DNA of 33,391 nt from positions 8,897 to 42,287 of the forward strand of contig MU271577.1 of the NCBI GenBank assembly GCA_021432655.1. Reading direction: 5' to 3'. Under the pieces are notes generated by a model. It was not told the origin of the DNA. It saw nothing but the letters and a program-made list of their open reading frames with translations, and searched no databases. Of this stretch, positions 22,590-33,391 are shown in pieces; the stretch's first letter is position 1; every line of letters begins with the position of its first letter. The DNA comes from Atractiella rhizophila. Its lineage: Eukaryota. Position numbers and translations under genes: made by a program.

Positions 22590-25500
22590 ATGCATCTTCT
22601 CCCAAAGGAAGAGCAGAAACTTTTACTGCATGCTGTGAGCTCCCATTTTTTCTCCTCTTGGCTTTATCTGACGAAATGTTGTGTTCAGGTGGGATCGTTG
22701 GCTCAGAAGCGACTGGCAAGAGGTGTGAAGCTGAATTTGACGGAGGCTACAGCTCTGCTGGGATGCGTGCTGCAAGAGCTCATTAGAGATGGAGACAAGG
22801 ATGTCGCGGATCTCATGGAACTTGGTGAGCATTCAAGTTTTTCGATTCTCCAAATAAAGGGTATCATCGTCTTCTGTTCCATTCAGCTTTTTCTTGGACC
22901 TGCTCATGATTTTATGGATTTTCTCCTTCCATGCAATTGATTATGGCTAATTCCAACCAGGAAAACACATCCTTGGGACAAGCCATGTTCAACCCTCAGT
23001 GCCGTCCCTTTTGCACGAAATTCAAGTCGAAGGCACATTTCAGTCGGGTACCTTTTTGGTCACGGTACACCAACCTATCTGCACACCTCACGGCGATATC
23101 AAACTCGCACTTTACGGTAGCTTCCTACCTCTCCCACCTGACAAGCTTTTCGCGTCCAAGGAGGAGGACAAGTCAGCCGTGGTACATCCTGGAGAGGTCA
23201 AACTCGCTTCTGGAGACATAGAGATAAATAAGGGGAGGAAAAAGATCAAAGTTGGAGTGACGAATAAGGGAGACAGGCCCATTCAGGTTCACGCTTTGTC
23301 ATTTTTCGCAAATAGGTATTGACTTCGCTCAAGCTCGGCTCGCATTATCACTTTGCACTAGCCAACAAGCTTCTCACTTTCCCTCGCCTTCCAGCGCTAC
23401 ATAAACGACTCGACATCCCAAGTGGAACATCAATCCGTTTCGAACCAGGGGATTTCAAAACTGTAACGTTAACTACCCTAGCAGGTGCTGGCATTATGTC
23501 AGGCGGCAACATACCAAAAGCTTTGCCAATCACTACAAGCGATGAAGAGAAGCACTCTGTGGTGGAAGAGCTCAGATCCCGAGGTTTCGGTGATGAAGGG
23601 GAGGCTGAGGATTCTGAGGAGCCTACGATTCTGGATCGAGCCAGCTATGTCGCCATGTTTGGACCAACGACGGGCGATAGAGTCAGGCTGGCAGATACAG
23701 ACCTTTGGATAGAAGTGGAGAAGGATTATACGACCTATGGGGACGAGCTGAAGTTCGGTGGAGGTTCGTCCATCACGCACCAATGAGCTTCCACTTCTCA
23801 CGAAATGTTCAGGCAAAGTGCTTCGGGAAGGCATGGGACAGGCGACCGGAAGACCTGACGCTGAAACGCTGGATCTGGTCATTACCAATGCTCTCATCGT
23901 TGACTGGAGTGGAATATACAAGGTCGGCAATTGCTTCGTGCAAGAGCACTAAGGCTCATTGTATGCAGGCAGATATTGGGGTGAAGAGTGGTCGTATAGC
24001 TGGGATTGGCAAGGCTGGGAATCCTGTGAGCGAGCAGAGACTATCATGCTCAGACTTATATGAAACCGCGAATAGGATGTCATGGAAGGAATCACGCCTG
24101 GAATGATCACTGGGGTTAATACAGAGGCAATAGCAGGAGAAGGTCTCATCGTGACGGCTGGTGCTATCGATGCTCACGTGAGTCCAGTCTTAGTCTACAT
24201 TATCACTGACCTGACGAGATCCCAGGTGCATTACATTTGCCCCGGTATGTCCCCATATGGTTGCCTCTGCTATGGATTGTCCTGACCCAAGAGCAAAAAC
24301 GTAGGACTGTGGACGGAGGTACGACTAGGAACTGTCTCTTTGTTAACTGTTATTGAAATTTTAACAGGCTATCGCCAGCGGAATAGTTGGTTTAGCCCAT
24401 TTGCATTGGGAATCTAGCTGATTAGTGGTAGACAACTCTCATAGGAGGAGGTACTGGCCCTTCAGCAGGTACCAACGCAACAACATGCACACCTTCCGCC
24501 TTCTACATCCAGAACATGATTGCGGCGACAGACGAGTAGGTTTCTCTTCCACGTTGGAGAATATGTGGACAAAACGTTTATAGTCTCCCCCTGAACTTCC
24601 TCTTTACTGCGAAAGGGAATGATTCCGGTCTTCCAGGGTTGGAGGATCAGATCAAAGCTGGCTGTGGTGGTCTTAAACTGCATGGTATGAATCTGATTTT
24701 TGGAAGGCAAAGTATGCTAATGTCTGCAAAGAGGACTGGGGAACAACAGTTAGCATCACCTTTGCTCTCTCTTACTACCTAACAGAGCATGCAGCCAATG
24801 GCCATCGACACTTGCTTAACGGTTGGAGATAAATACGATGTCCAAGTCAACATTCACACAGATACGATCAACGAGTCTGGATTTGTCGAGGGTAGGTGGC
24901 ATGTGGATGCTTCTCCTTTTTGATGGCATTACAGATACAATCGCCGCTTTCAAGGGCAGGACGATTCATGTAAGGTGTACGGCTGGATTAACGTGCTATG
25001 CTAATGGATCTGATCTTGTAATAGACTTATCATACCGAAGGTAAACAAGATATTTCTAGGCTCAACAAAGCTGAGTGATGTCTAGGCGCTGGTGGAGGAC
25101 ACGCTCCAGACATTATCGTGGTCTGTGGTCAAGAAAATGTCTTACCTTCCAGCACGAACCCGACCAGACCATATTGCAACAATACCCTGGACGAGGTGCG
25201 ATTTCTCTGACGGTGTTAACTGCAAACCGAGACTGTTCTTAGCACATGGATATGCTTATCGTATGCGTTATCACGGTGGAGACCCTTTAATGAACACCAA
25301 TGGTTAGGTTTGCCACCATCTCGACAAGTCAATCCGTATGTTTTCTTTTATCGTTTATCTACGAAACTGAACCACCGAATAGCTGAGGATATGATGTTTG
25401 CCGGTAAAGCGCATCCATTGTCAAAACTTTGCTCATTCGTGTGCAGAATCCAGGATCCGAGCTGAAACTATAGCTGCAGAGGACGTTCTTCACGATACAG

Positions 25501-26512
25501 GAGCAATATCCATTATCTCTTCGGATTCACAAGCGATGGGTAGGATTGGAGAAGTCATCGCTCGTACCTGGCGAACCGCTGCAAAAATGAAGAGCATGAG
25601 GTACTGGTGGATTACACTGCATTTAGAGGGCTAACGAGGCTATAGAGGACGGCTCGATACGGAGAAAGCTGGCAAGGATGGGACTGATGGAGCGGATAAC
25701 GAACGAGTTAAAAGGTGAGAACATTATCGCCTTCCTTCTTGATGTGTGACGGTTGGTGGCTAGGTATATTGCTAAGTACACAAGTTAGCATTCAGGCTCC
25801 GTTCAGAACAACGAGATCTCACAATCATTGTAGTCAACCCTGCAATAGTTCACGGCATCGCACACGACGTCGGTGACATTGATGTTGGAAAGCTAGCCGA
25901 CTTGGTTCTTTGGCGGCCAGAGAATTTTGGCGTAAAGCCAGAACAAGTCATTAAGGGAGGGGTCATAGCTTGTACGCGTCACGGCAACGATGAGTGAGGA
26001 TCTGCTGACAGGACCTGAATTAGGGGCTCAGATGGGAGATGCAAATGCCTCAATCCCAACAGTTCAGCCTGTTATCTCTCGTCCCATGTGGGGAGCTTCT
26101 CCAGGTTCTTTTCTCCTCTTATTTTCATTGATATTTGTCTAACCGCTTCCTCGTAAAGGATCGGCAGCACTAAATTCTGTTGTTTTTGTCTCGCAAATCT
26201 CTCTAACGAGCGGTACGAAATGTCTTCTTCTTCTTTCCTCCATTGCTGAAATCCGACACAGGAACAATTGAGAGCTACAATCTGAAGAAGAAGCCGAGTG
26301 CAGTGAAGAACTGTAGAACGGTGACGAAACGAGACATGAAGCACAACAATCACCTTCCAAAAATGACAGTCGACCCAGAATCATTTAGGGTCGAAGCTGA
26401 TGGGGTACACTGTACCATTGAAGCAGCTACAAAGCTACCAATGACACAAGTGCGTAAACCTGCTACCTCGAAGGAGTCACTCACGGCCAGACAGGGATAC
26501 CACCTTTTCTGA
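22590..26512 (+). CDS. URE1: Urease (fused gamma-beta-alpha eukaryotic type), about 28 exons
   Basis: Motifs [122 protein letters not shown]. All Ni ligands are present after splicing. Confidence 0.98.
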
Positions 26513-26691
26513 GTTGTATCACCAGTACTGTTTGTTGCGAATATTTTTGGATCTCTGTCGCGATGAAACATATGGGAAATGTACAATATGAGAATAACGA
26601 TGGGTAACTGTGCAACAGCTTTACGGTATAATGTCACATAGAGGAGGAACAGCAATACAGTACGATGCGAACGTGCATATCGACTCGAACT

Positions 26692-29021
26692 TTAACGATA
26701 TCCGTCTTCACTGTATCTTCCTGCTCCCCCTCCACCCCCTTCCGGACCTCTCCACTGGCTAGGTCTCGGATGTCGGAAAAGTTGTCTTGGTTCTTCGTCT
26801 TCCTTCTCCTTGCCATTAGGATCTAGAGAGATGTTGACAGCATGTGTCGTGTAATTGCCCTTACTCGTATGTTCATCGGGAATCGATTCGATGATGTCGC
26901 CACGAGCGTGAGACTGGCTCTGGACGCGAAACCATGATTTGCGACGAGGCGAATGAACTCCTCCGGTGCTGAAGGAATCCTTCGTTATCGACATCTCTGA
27001 ATCTGCCTCCGTAGCCGGGAGTGTTCCCTGACGGGAGAGCGGACGCGTCTGGTCGGGAGAATAGTTCATGATAGGTAATATCACCCAAGTATCGACTGTC
27101 GTTGTCAATAGTGAGTCAATGTGCTTCACGTATCGGAGGGCTGGAAGCTTACAGATGATGTAGATGCCTGCTATGATTTGAGGAATCTGTCATAGACAAG
27201 TCAGGCGTGATCGTGGAGGCAGGCAAAGCGTCGTACACCAAATCCAGCGAGGACGATTGCCACGTCAATCGTGCGCTCTGTTTTAGCGCTCAGATTGCCA
27301 GTGTAGGAGCCGATGGTGAGCCAGCCTGAACATTGTCAGCGTCATCCGTCATATTCGAGGGAAACGGGAAACCCTTACATGCAAGCATCAAGAAACTTAG
27401 AATGGCGACTAGCGTCAAGCAATGTAGAACCTAGACCAAACATTAGTTGAACATCGTGGACCTGATATTGAACACTTGCCCAAAAACCAGCAAAGACCCT
27501 CTTGAGAGTGTAGATCCTATACCGCACCTCCTTTCCCTGATCAGCCCAGACCTTACTCCCACCCCAAGCAGTCACGATATCACCCGCAAAGTTTGTTACT
27601 TTGGGACTAAACGTATCGAGGATGGGCATTATCCTCGATTCGATGTCTTCAGCAGTTCTCGGTCGTTTCTTCGGAGGAACGATTACAGTCAGCGGATAGG
27701 ATGAGGAGCCATCAGAGGACGGTCCGTGTCCAGAGCCGGAAGAGGAGTTGAAGGACATTTTCGGTGCTTGGAGAGGGATGGGAACTATGCCAGCAGTCTT
27801 TCGTTGATTATCGTCTAGTTGCTCGAGACGTTGAAGAGCCATCTGGAGGTGCTTCCATTGGAAGCGTAGGATGTTGAACAGACGCGTTATGGAAATCAGG
27901 TATGGTACGAGGAGGAGCGAGCAATAGATCTGTTGGTCACAAGACAGGCTTCAGTTAGTACCCTTCTTCGTGTAGAAAAGAGTTTGGATAGAGAAGCATA
28001 CCGTATGAATGATTGATATTGCCTGACCATACCGCAGGGTCTTGTTGCCTTGAAATTTCAATTCGGTCTCCAAAGCAGCCAAATCTCTCAAGTCAAACAA
28101 TCCACCAGACTCAGCGATTGCGAGCAAGTCATCAAGTTGAACATAAGTGTCAAGCAGGCGTTCTCTCCAGATCCCAAAGAAAACCGAGATGACGAAGAGG
28201 GGCACGAGTCCGATCGAGACGGTAGTCACGAGCGTCCATTGGAAGAGCTGGGCGTTGATGTTGTATGGGAATCGACTTTGAGCACGCTTGGGCTGGGCAA
28301 CATTGGTGGACGCTGCGTTCGCTTGCGTCGCATAATAGGCTGCTGGAGCGGAGAGGAGGGCGTTGTGTGCCGCTGCGAGAGATTGAGCGACTACAGTGGA
28401 GGATAGTATGGAAGAACGTACCAAGGATACCCGTGATGAGGATTGGGAAGTTGACCAATCTGTCGTTTTGTCAGTCTGAGTCAATAACAGGAAGGAGTGT
28501 ATGCACCCATGAAAAGTGTCGAAATATGGAAAGTAATCTGCCCGTGAGACCCCGTCGATCTTGTAATAGCCAAGTACGAGGACCCAGAAGAAAGCGGAGA
28601 AAATGGAGCATCCGACTGGAATGAAGAGGTACACGTTGAGTCGAAAAAACTTGCCTGCTCGCACCTCCCATGTTAGCTGTCTCGCAAATCTTTGAAAGAG
28701 GACGACGAACCGGCTTCCCACTTCCAATACCAATCTACATCTTTCCACCACCGAATAACGAGCCCAAGCATCCAAATGAAAATTCCACTATGCAATCAAT
28801 TTATCAGCTTTGTCCATCCTGATATCCTGATGGCGGAGGCATGAAAACATCAAACACACGTACAGTGGAATAAGGATTAATGTCGCTAGAAAGAGTCGTC
28901 TAAGAGTGGGGGTGTTCGGTTCGAGGAGAACAGCGAGCCGGAGCTCTTCACGAAGAGCAGTGAATGGATTGGGAAGAGCTTGCCGCTCAATGAGCGACTG
29001 GGATGAAAACTCGTAATCCAT
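26692..29021 (-). CDS. Uncharacterised multi-pass (~7 TM) membrane protein, multi-exon; ends approximate
   Basis: Consecutive minus-strand ORFs linked by GT-AG introns, with hydrophobic segments (LFLATLILIPL|GIFIWMLGLVI; YLFIPVGCSIFSAFFWVLVLGYY; LVNFPILITGIL; WTLVTTVSIGLVPLFVISVFFGIW; ISIIHTVCFSI...LLLVPYLISI; LMFGLGSTLL; IDVAIVLAG..IPQIIAGIYII) and a polar tail. Confidence 0.7.
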
Positions 29022-30041
29022 ATTTCTACCGAAGAAAGAATCGTTCGCTGCCTCCACGAGAGACAGATGGACCAGAGACTGCATGTGACTAAGCCGTTCG
29101 AGGAACTGGACGAGATATATGTACAGATGTTGCGGATACCCAGGTAGTCGGAAGCCGGGCGCCACGAGCTATGAGACTGCAGGTGGACGTTGGCGCAAGG
29201 AAAGGGAAGTGGAAGGAGTCCTTGTCAAGGGCGAAAGAGTGCGCAAAAGGGCAAAGAGAAAAGAGGAGGAGCGTTCCAGTCCTTAAAAACAAACGTGAGA
29301 CAGAGCGTGACCTCTGGCGCGAGCTCGGTCGAATTGTAGAAGTCGAGATTAGGCTCGAAAAGTGGGCAACTGCCGCATGGAAAATTGAAGATCGAGACAG
29401 ATAAAGCCGTCCCGCTGAATCGGAAAACGCTCTGGTAATAATTCACTTTCTGCGGAGCTCGCCATGTGCCTCGTCCGCTGTGATCCCAAGTTAAGTACCG
29501 GAGAGGTCGGGGAGGATTGCCAAGGTGCGCTGGCCACCCCGCTGTTGTCACTGTCAGCGCAGTGTCAGGGAGGAGGCTGGCGAAGAGAGGACACAGAGTG
29601 AAGTAGGTGGATCCGTGGAACGGGAAGTACAAGAGCGTAGTCAATTTGGTGGGATGGAAGGTGGTACATCTGGAACTCAGGGAGTCGTTGAAAGATCCCA
29701 CTGTGCTGAATACACGCAGTTCAGGATGGAGATCCGTGACTACATACAATAGTAATGAATGACTTGCTCAATGAACAGAAATGAAGAAGTTGAGTTTTCA
29801 AATCACGTTGTGCTCTAGTTCTATCCCTCTCTCTTCCCGACGGAGTTCAGACTGAAGTCACACAGAACAACGTTGGAGCACGCATTCAGCCTTGCACTGG
29901 TACAAGACGTACCCGCATTGAACTAGCAGTAACGAGGGAGTGGACGTAGGTCCAAAAGTCATGGGTTTAAGGTATTGATCATGGAATTGCCATAGCTTTT
30001 GGTAAACATCGAAGGAGAGGCATGTGATAACAGGCAATCGA

Positions 30042-30754
30042 TTAGTAGACGAATCCCAGAATTTTACCAGCAACGTGTTTCCGCCTGGCTTCTTCGTGGT
30101 CCATGATTCCGCTGGACGTGGTCTACAACAAGCGAAATGTCAGTCATTATTTTGCCTTTCCAAAGCATAGTGGAGAAGCGAGACTTACGAGGATAATGTA
30201 TCCGAAAGAACGGGAGGGGAGGAGGTGGTTGACCCAGTTCTCGATCTGGTTGAGCTGGACGTTGAATCGAGGGGAGATGACACCGCACTTGTTGATGCGT
30301 CCATTGAGCTGAATAACGATTTTACCGGATCGGTGGTCGTCGATCTCCTCAAATTCGTTAATGTATCCTAATAAGGAGCAACTAGTCAGCCTCGCAGCTA
30401 TGAAAGGATGGCGAAGAGGAAGCGAGGAAAAGACGTACCGTGCTTCTGCATCACGGTCAAAAAGCGGACGATAACCTTGCTCGAGGGTCGGATGAGCACT
30501 TGTCGCTTCCCCTTCCTCTCGGCATTCACAATGTTGTTGAGACAGTCGGCAAGTACTGAGACACGCTAGAAGAAGAAGCAGTGAATCAGCCTTCAAGTTC
30601 TTCACAGATGTCGTGGTGCACTCTTGTTATCAGCTGAGCAAGCGAGTTGAAGGAAGCTGGTGCATTATCTGTCTCGCACAGATTTCGCCTCCACGCCGCC
30701 CACAAGCTGTACAGAGACTACCACATAGGGGGAAAGGATGAAAGGACATACCAT
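30042..30754 (-). CDS. RPS22: 40S ribosomal protein uS8 (S22/S15A)
   Basis: ATG (30754-30752), a 186-nt intron, then [77 protein letters not shown]...|[26 protein letters not shown]. Confidence 0.97.
30606..30724 (-). ncRNA. Candidate intronic structured RNA (H/ACA-like or autoregulatory element) in RPS22 intron 1
   Basis: GUCUCUGUACAG/CUGUGCGAGAC stem, AGAUAA hinge, UGCAC-CAGCU/AGCUG-GUGCA stem, then ACA. Confidence 0.4.
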
Positions 30755-31071
30755 GATGTATGATTTGACCTAAATCTCCAAACAAAAACTTTCAAAGCTG
30801 TCTTTCGGGTCTAACAAACAAGAAAGGTGGTTGAACAAGGCGACAATCGCGCAAGCAGTGCCACCAGCGTACCTGGACCGTTTGCTCCTCCTTGTCTCGC
30901 CTTACCGTGCCGTGTGGTCAGGTCGTTCTTCGTGCAGAAAGATCGAACGTGCTGCGCAGAAAAATAGAAAGCCACTATTTTGCCTGCGAAAACGCACTCA
31001 CCATCAACCAGGTCCAACTCAAAGGAGGATTCACAGGTCAGGTCTTTCTCTTTCATCACTAAACATTCAAA

Positions 31072-31649
31072 ATGGTGAGCGTTTCTATGTTCTTATTGCA
31101 ATTGGGAAGGAAATGTTCATGCTGTGTGGAAACGAAATGATAGGGACGAGTGCGCACGAAGACCGTCAAGCGAGCTTCTCGAGTGATCATTGAGAAATAC
31201 TACCCACGTCTCACGCTCGACTTCCACACCAACAAGCGTATCGCTGATGAAGTCGCCCTCATCCCGTCGAAGCGTCTGAGGAACAAGATCGCTGGCTTCA
31301 CCACCCACTTGATGAAGCGAATCCAGCGCGGACCCGTCAGGGGAATCTCTTTCAAGCTGCAGGAAGAGGAGAGGGAGAGGAAGGATCAATACGTGCCCGA
31401 GATCTCTGCTCTGGACGTTGGACAAATGGGTGGTCTCACCGTCGACCAGGACACCAAGGTGCGCTTGCGCTGCTTTGATAGCTGTGGGAGAGTCATTGAA
31501 GGTGTTTTTGTGTGCAATAGGCCCTCCTCACGAAGCTTGGCTTCGATTCTCTTACCGTCACCGTCGAACAAACTGCCACTGCTGCACCAAGGGAACGGTT
31601 CGGAAGGAGGGACGGACCGCCTGGCGCGAGGAGACAGAGGGACGAGTGA
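31072..31649 (+). CDS. RPS17: 40S ribosomal protein eS17 (exons 31072-31074, 31144-31458, 31521-31649)
   Basis: [87 protein letters not shown]. Confidence 0.98.
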
Positions 31650-31969
31650 TTTTTCGACTCAATGTCATGGTTATGGTACGATATGCGTATGCTTTATGCA
31701 AAAATTCTTTTCATCAGACTGTGATGCAATTTGCCATTTGCACTTGATCGCGTTGAACGATGAACCACATCATTCCGAATGACGAATCACTTATAGTCGA
31801 CTGCGTAACAAGTGCTCTTCTGTTTCTCGAAGCATTGCATGAGCTCTATTAAGAGAACTCCCGTTAGAACCAAGGGAACGAAAGTAGAATTGATAGTGCT
31901 CACGATCACAAACGAGATATTCTGCTGATAATGAAGTTCGCCCGAGATCGTGGATGACGGATCTAAGGA

Positions 31970-32972
31970 TCAGAGATAGTCCTTTCCACCTTTATACTCG
32001 ATCCTCATTCCGCTCTCTCTCACTTCGACCAAAAGTGCCTTCGACCCGAAGAACTGGCGGATCTCCTGTTCTTTCTCTGGTGGGAAGAGGAAGCCTGCGC
32101 GGATTGATAACTAGATTTTTTCAATTTTCGTTTTAGTTTTTGGTTTTGTAAGCCACTAACTGTGGAGACGAACCTCTGCTTTCGCTTGCGAGCTTTGAAT
32201 GGACTTGATGTCCAGCCACCAGTGCGAGAACCCCTTGAGGCACTCAAAGATCTTCCGGTCTTCCCTTTCGCCTCTGGTTTCGAAAGAGGCAGATGGGTAA
32301 TCGAGGCAGAGAATGATGGAGATGTTTCGCTTTATCCAACATAAAATTCAGCCTGGATGAAGAAGCTAGCTAGAAAGAAAAGAAAAGAACCTGGTGCAGC
32401 GTTTGCGACAGTGAGCGGAAGAAGCGAACCACTTCCAATTCTTCCATTCCGTCGTGGTCATTGGCGGAAAACAGTACAGATCCCGATCCCAAAGACCAAA
32501 CCAAAGAGGAGATGTCATCCCAGACGACCTTTGCACCTTCCTCCAACCCGTCGAGCTCCTTCAAAACCATTTCTTCCAGTTCAGCCAGCACCTTCTTGAC
32601 ATCTTCCAGTTCTGTCCAGCTGTATCTGCCGAGTATCGCTTGGCCGTCTATGAAGATGGGTTGTTGGGAGTTACGGAGTCCGTGTCGTTGGAGGATGGAA
32701 GTGTAGTGCGACTGAGGGAGGCGGAAGTGGATAAGGGCACCGCTTCTTCCTTTTGTTTTTGCAGAATTGGCATTCGGATCAGCTATGTTGGTCCTAACGG
32801 CGAGATTGATGTTGGATGGTACAGTATTGGCGTCGCTGTTGGAAGGCACTGGGGAATGGCCGGAAAGGAGCGAGGGGAAGAGGAATGTCGATGGAAGCTG
32901 GCTAGTGGAAGTGACGAGTAGAGTCTGGGCTGTCGACGAGGATGGAAAAGTGAAGACATCTGATAGGAGCAT
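31970..32972 (-). CDS. Elongator subunit Elp6-like (RecA-fold) protein, about 3 exons
   Basis: TLLVTS....PSTFL, SHYTSILQRHGL, IFIDG, VVWDDISSL, VVRFFRSL, then spliced IILCLD...SHWWLDIKSI...AE|LSI...LLVEVRESGMRI; pattern and length resemble Elp6. Confidence 0.65.
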
Positions 32973-33391
32973 GGTCGTGATCGTGACTTTCGAGCTGGAA
33001 GCAGCAGTGCTTACCCTTCCCGATTGAAAGCTTGAATGCACCCACGCGCGTCAACCTGCGCTTTCGGCTGTCAACCAGGGCCAAAACACTCCTTTACACA
33101 TTCACGCCTCTGAAAGATCCAAGAGCATTAGAGGTTCTTCTACTCAAGATATGGCGGAATAGTGGAATGATTCTAACGTTCTAGCTACTATTATGTGGAA
33201 TACCTATCCCGGAACTGATTGATAGTTTGGACTGGAGTGACGGTCCATGTAGACCTTTGCGTTTGAATGGAAAGAGAATAAAGTTGAGGAGAGGAGCCTA
33301 AATGTACTCAAGGAGGCGCGAATGGTAGTGATGATTGCTCCATCACGGGGCGTTTCATCCAACATGATAAATATCCTCCGGCTTCCAGAAC

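Noticed and set aside
22590..29021. Urease plus adjacent membrane protein as a urea or nickel utilisation cluster
   Set aside because: The membrane protein shows no NiCoT or Dur3/SSS features I can recognise, and no UreD/F/G genes are in the window.
29171..29752. ORFs upstream of the membrane-protein gene
   Set aside because: Low-complexity purine/pyrimidine-biased sequence with no motifs or consistent splice pattern; more likely UTR or promoter.
1..33391. CRISPR arrays, tRNA, rRNA, spliceosomal snRNAs, prokaryotic defence systems
   Set aside because: No repeat-spacer arrays or conserved RNA motifs seen by eye; the DNA is spliceosomal-intron-rich fungal sequence.

Overview
This is intron-rich eukaryotic DNA from a fungus. 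Short (~50 nt) GT-AG introns and the protein sequences suggest a basidiomycete, possibly Pucciniomycotina (inference). The left end (1-2590) is a frameshifted Ty1/copia gag-protease-integrase segment joined, with no LTR between them, to the 5' part of a UDP-glycosyltransferase (UGT). An intact paralog of that UGT lies inverted at 13.8-15.8 kb. The rest is gene-dense housekeeping sequence: a PAC4/PSMG4-like proteasome chaperone (visible only after splicing), CDC45, acyl-CoA-binding protein, GH47 alpha-1,2-mannosidase, an intronless F-box/LRR-like gene, the UGT, a kinesin-7-like motor, an SRF/Mcm1 MADS-box factor, a urease with about 27 introns, an orphan ~7-TM membrane protein, head-to-head RPS22 (uS8) and RPS17 (eS17), and an ELP6-like gene. 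I see no clear novel multi-gene system. The best leads are a structured RNA in RPS22 intron 1, an intergenic structured element between the MADS-box gene and urease, the orphan GPCR-like protein, the UGT::copia junction, and alternating C-rich/G-rich blocks that change synonymous codon use inside exons. All exon models were read by eye; no searches were run.
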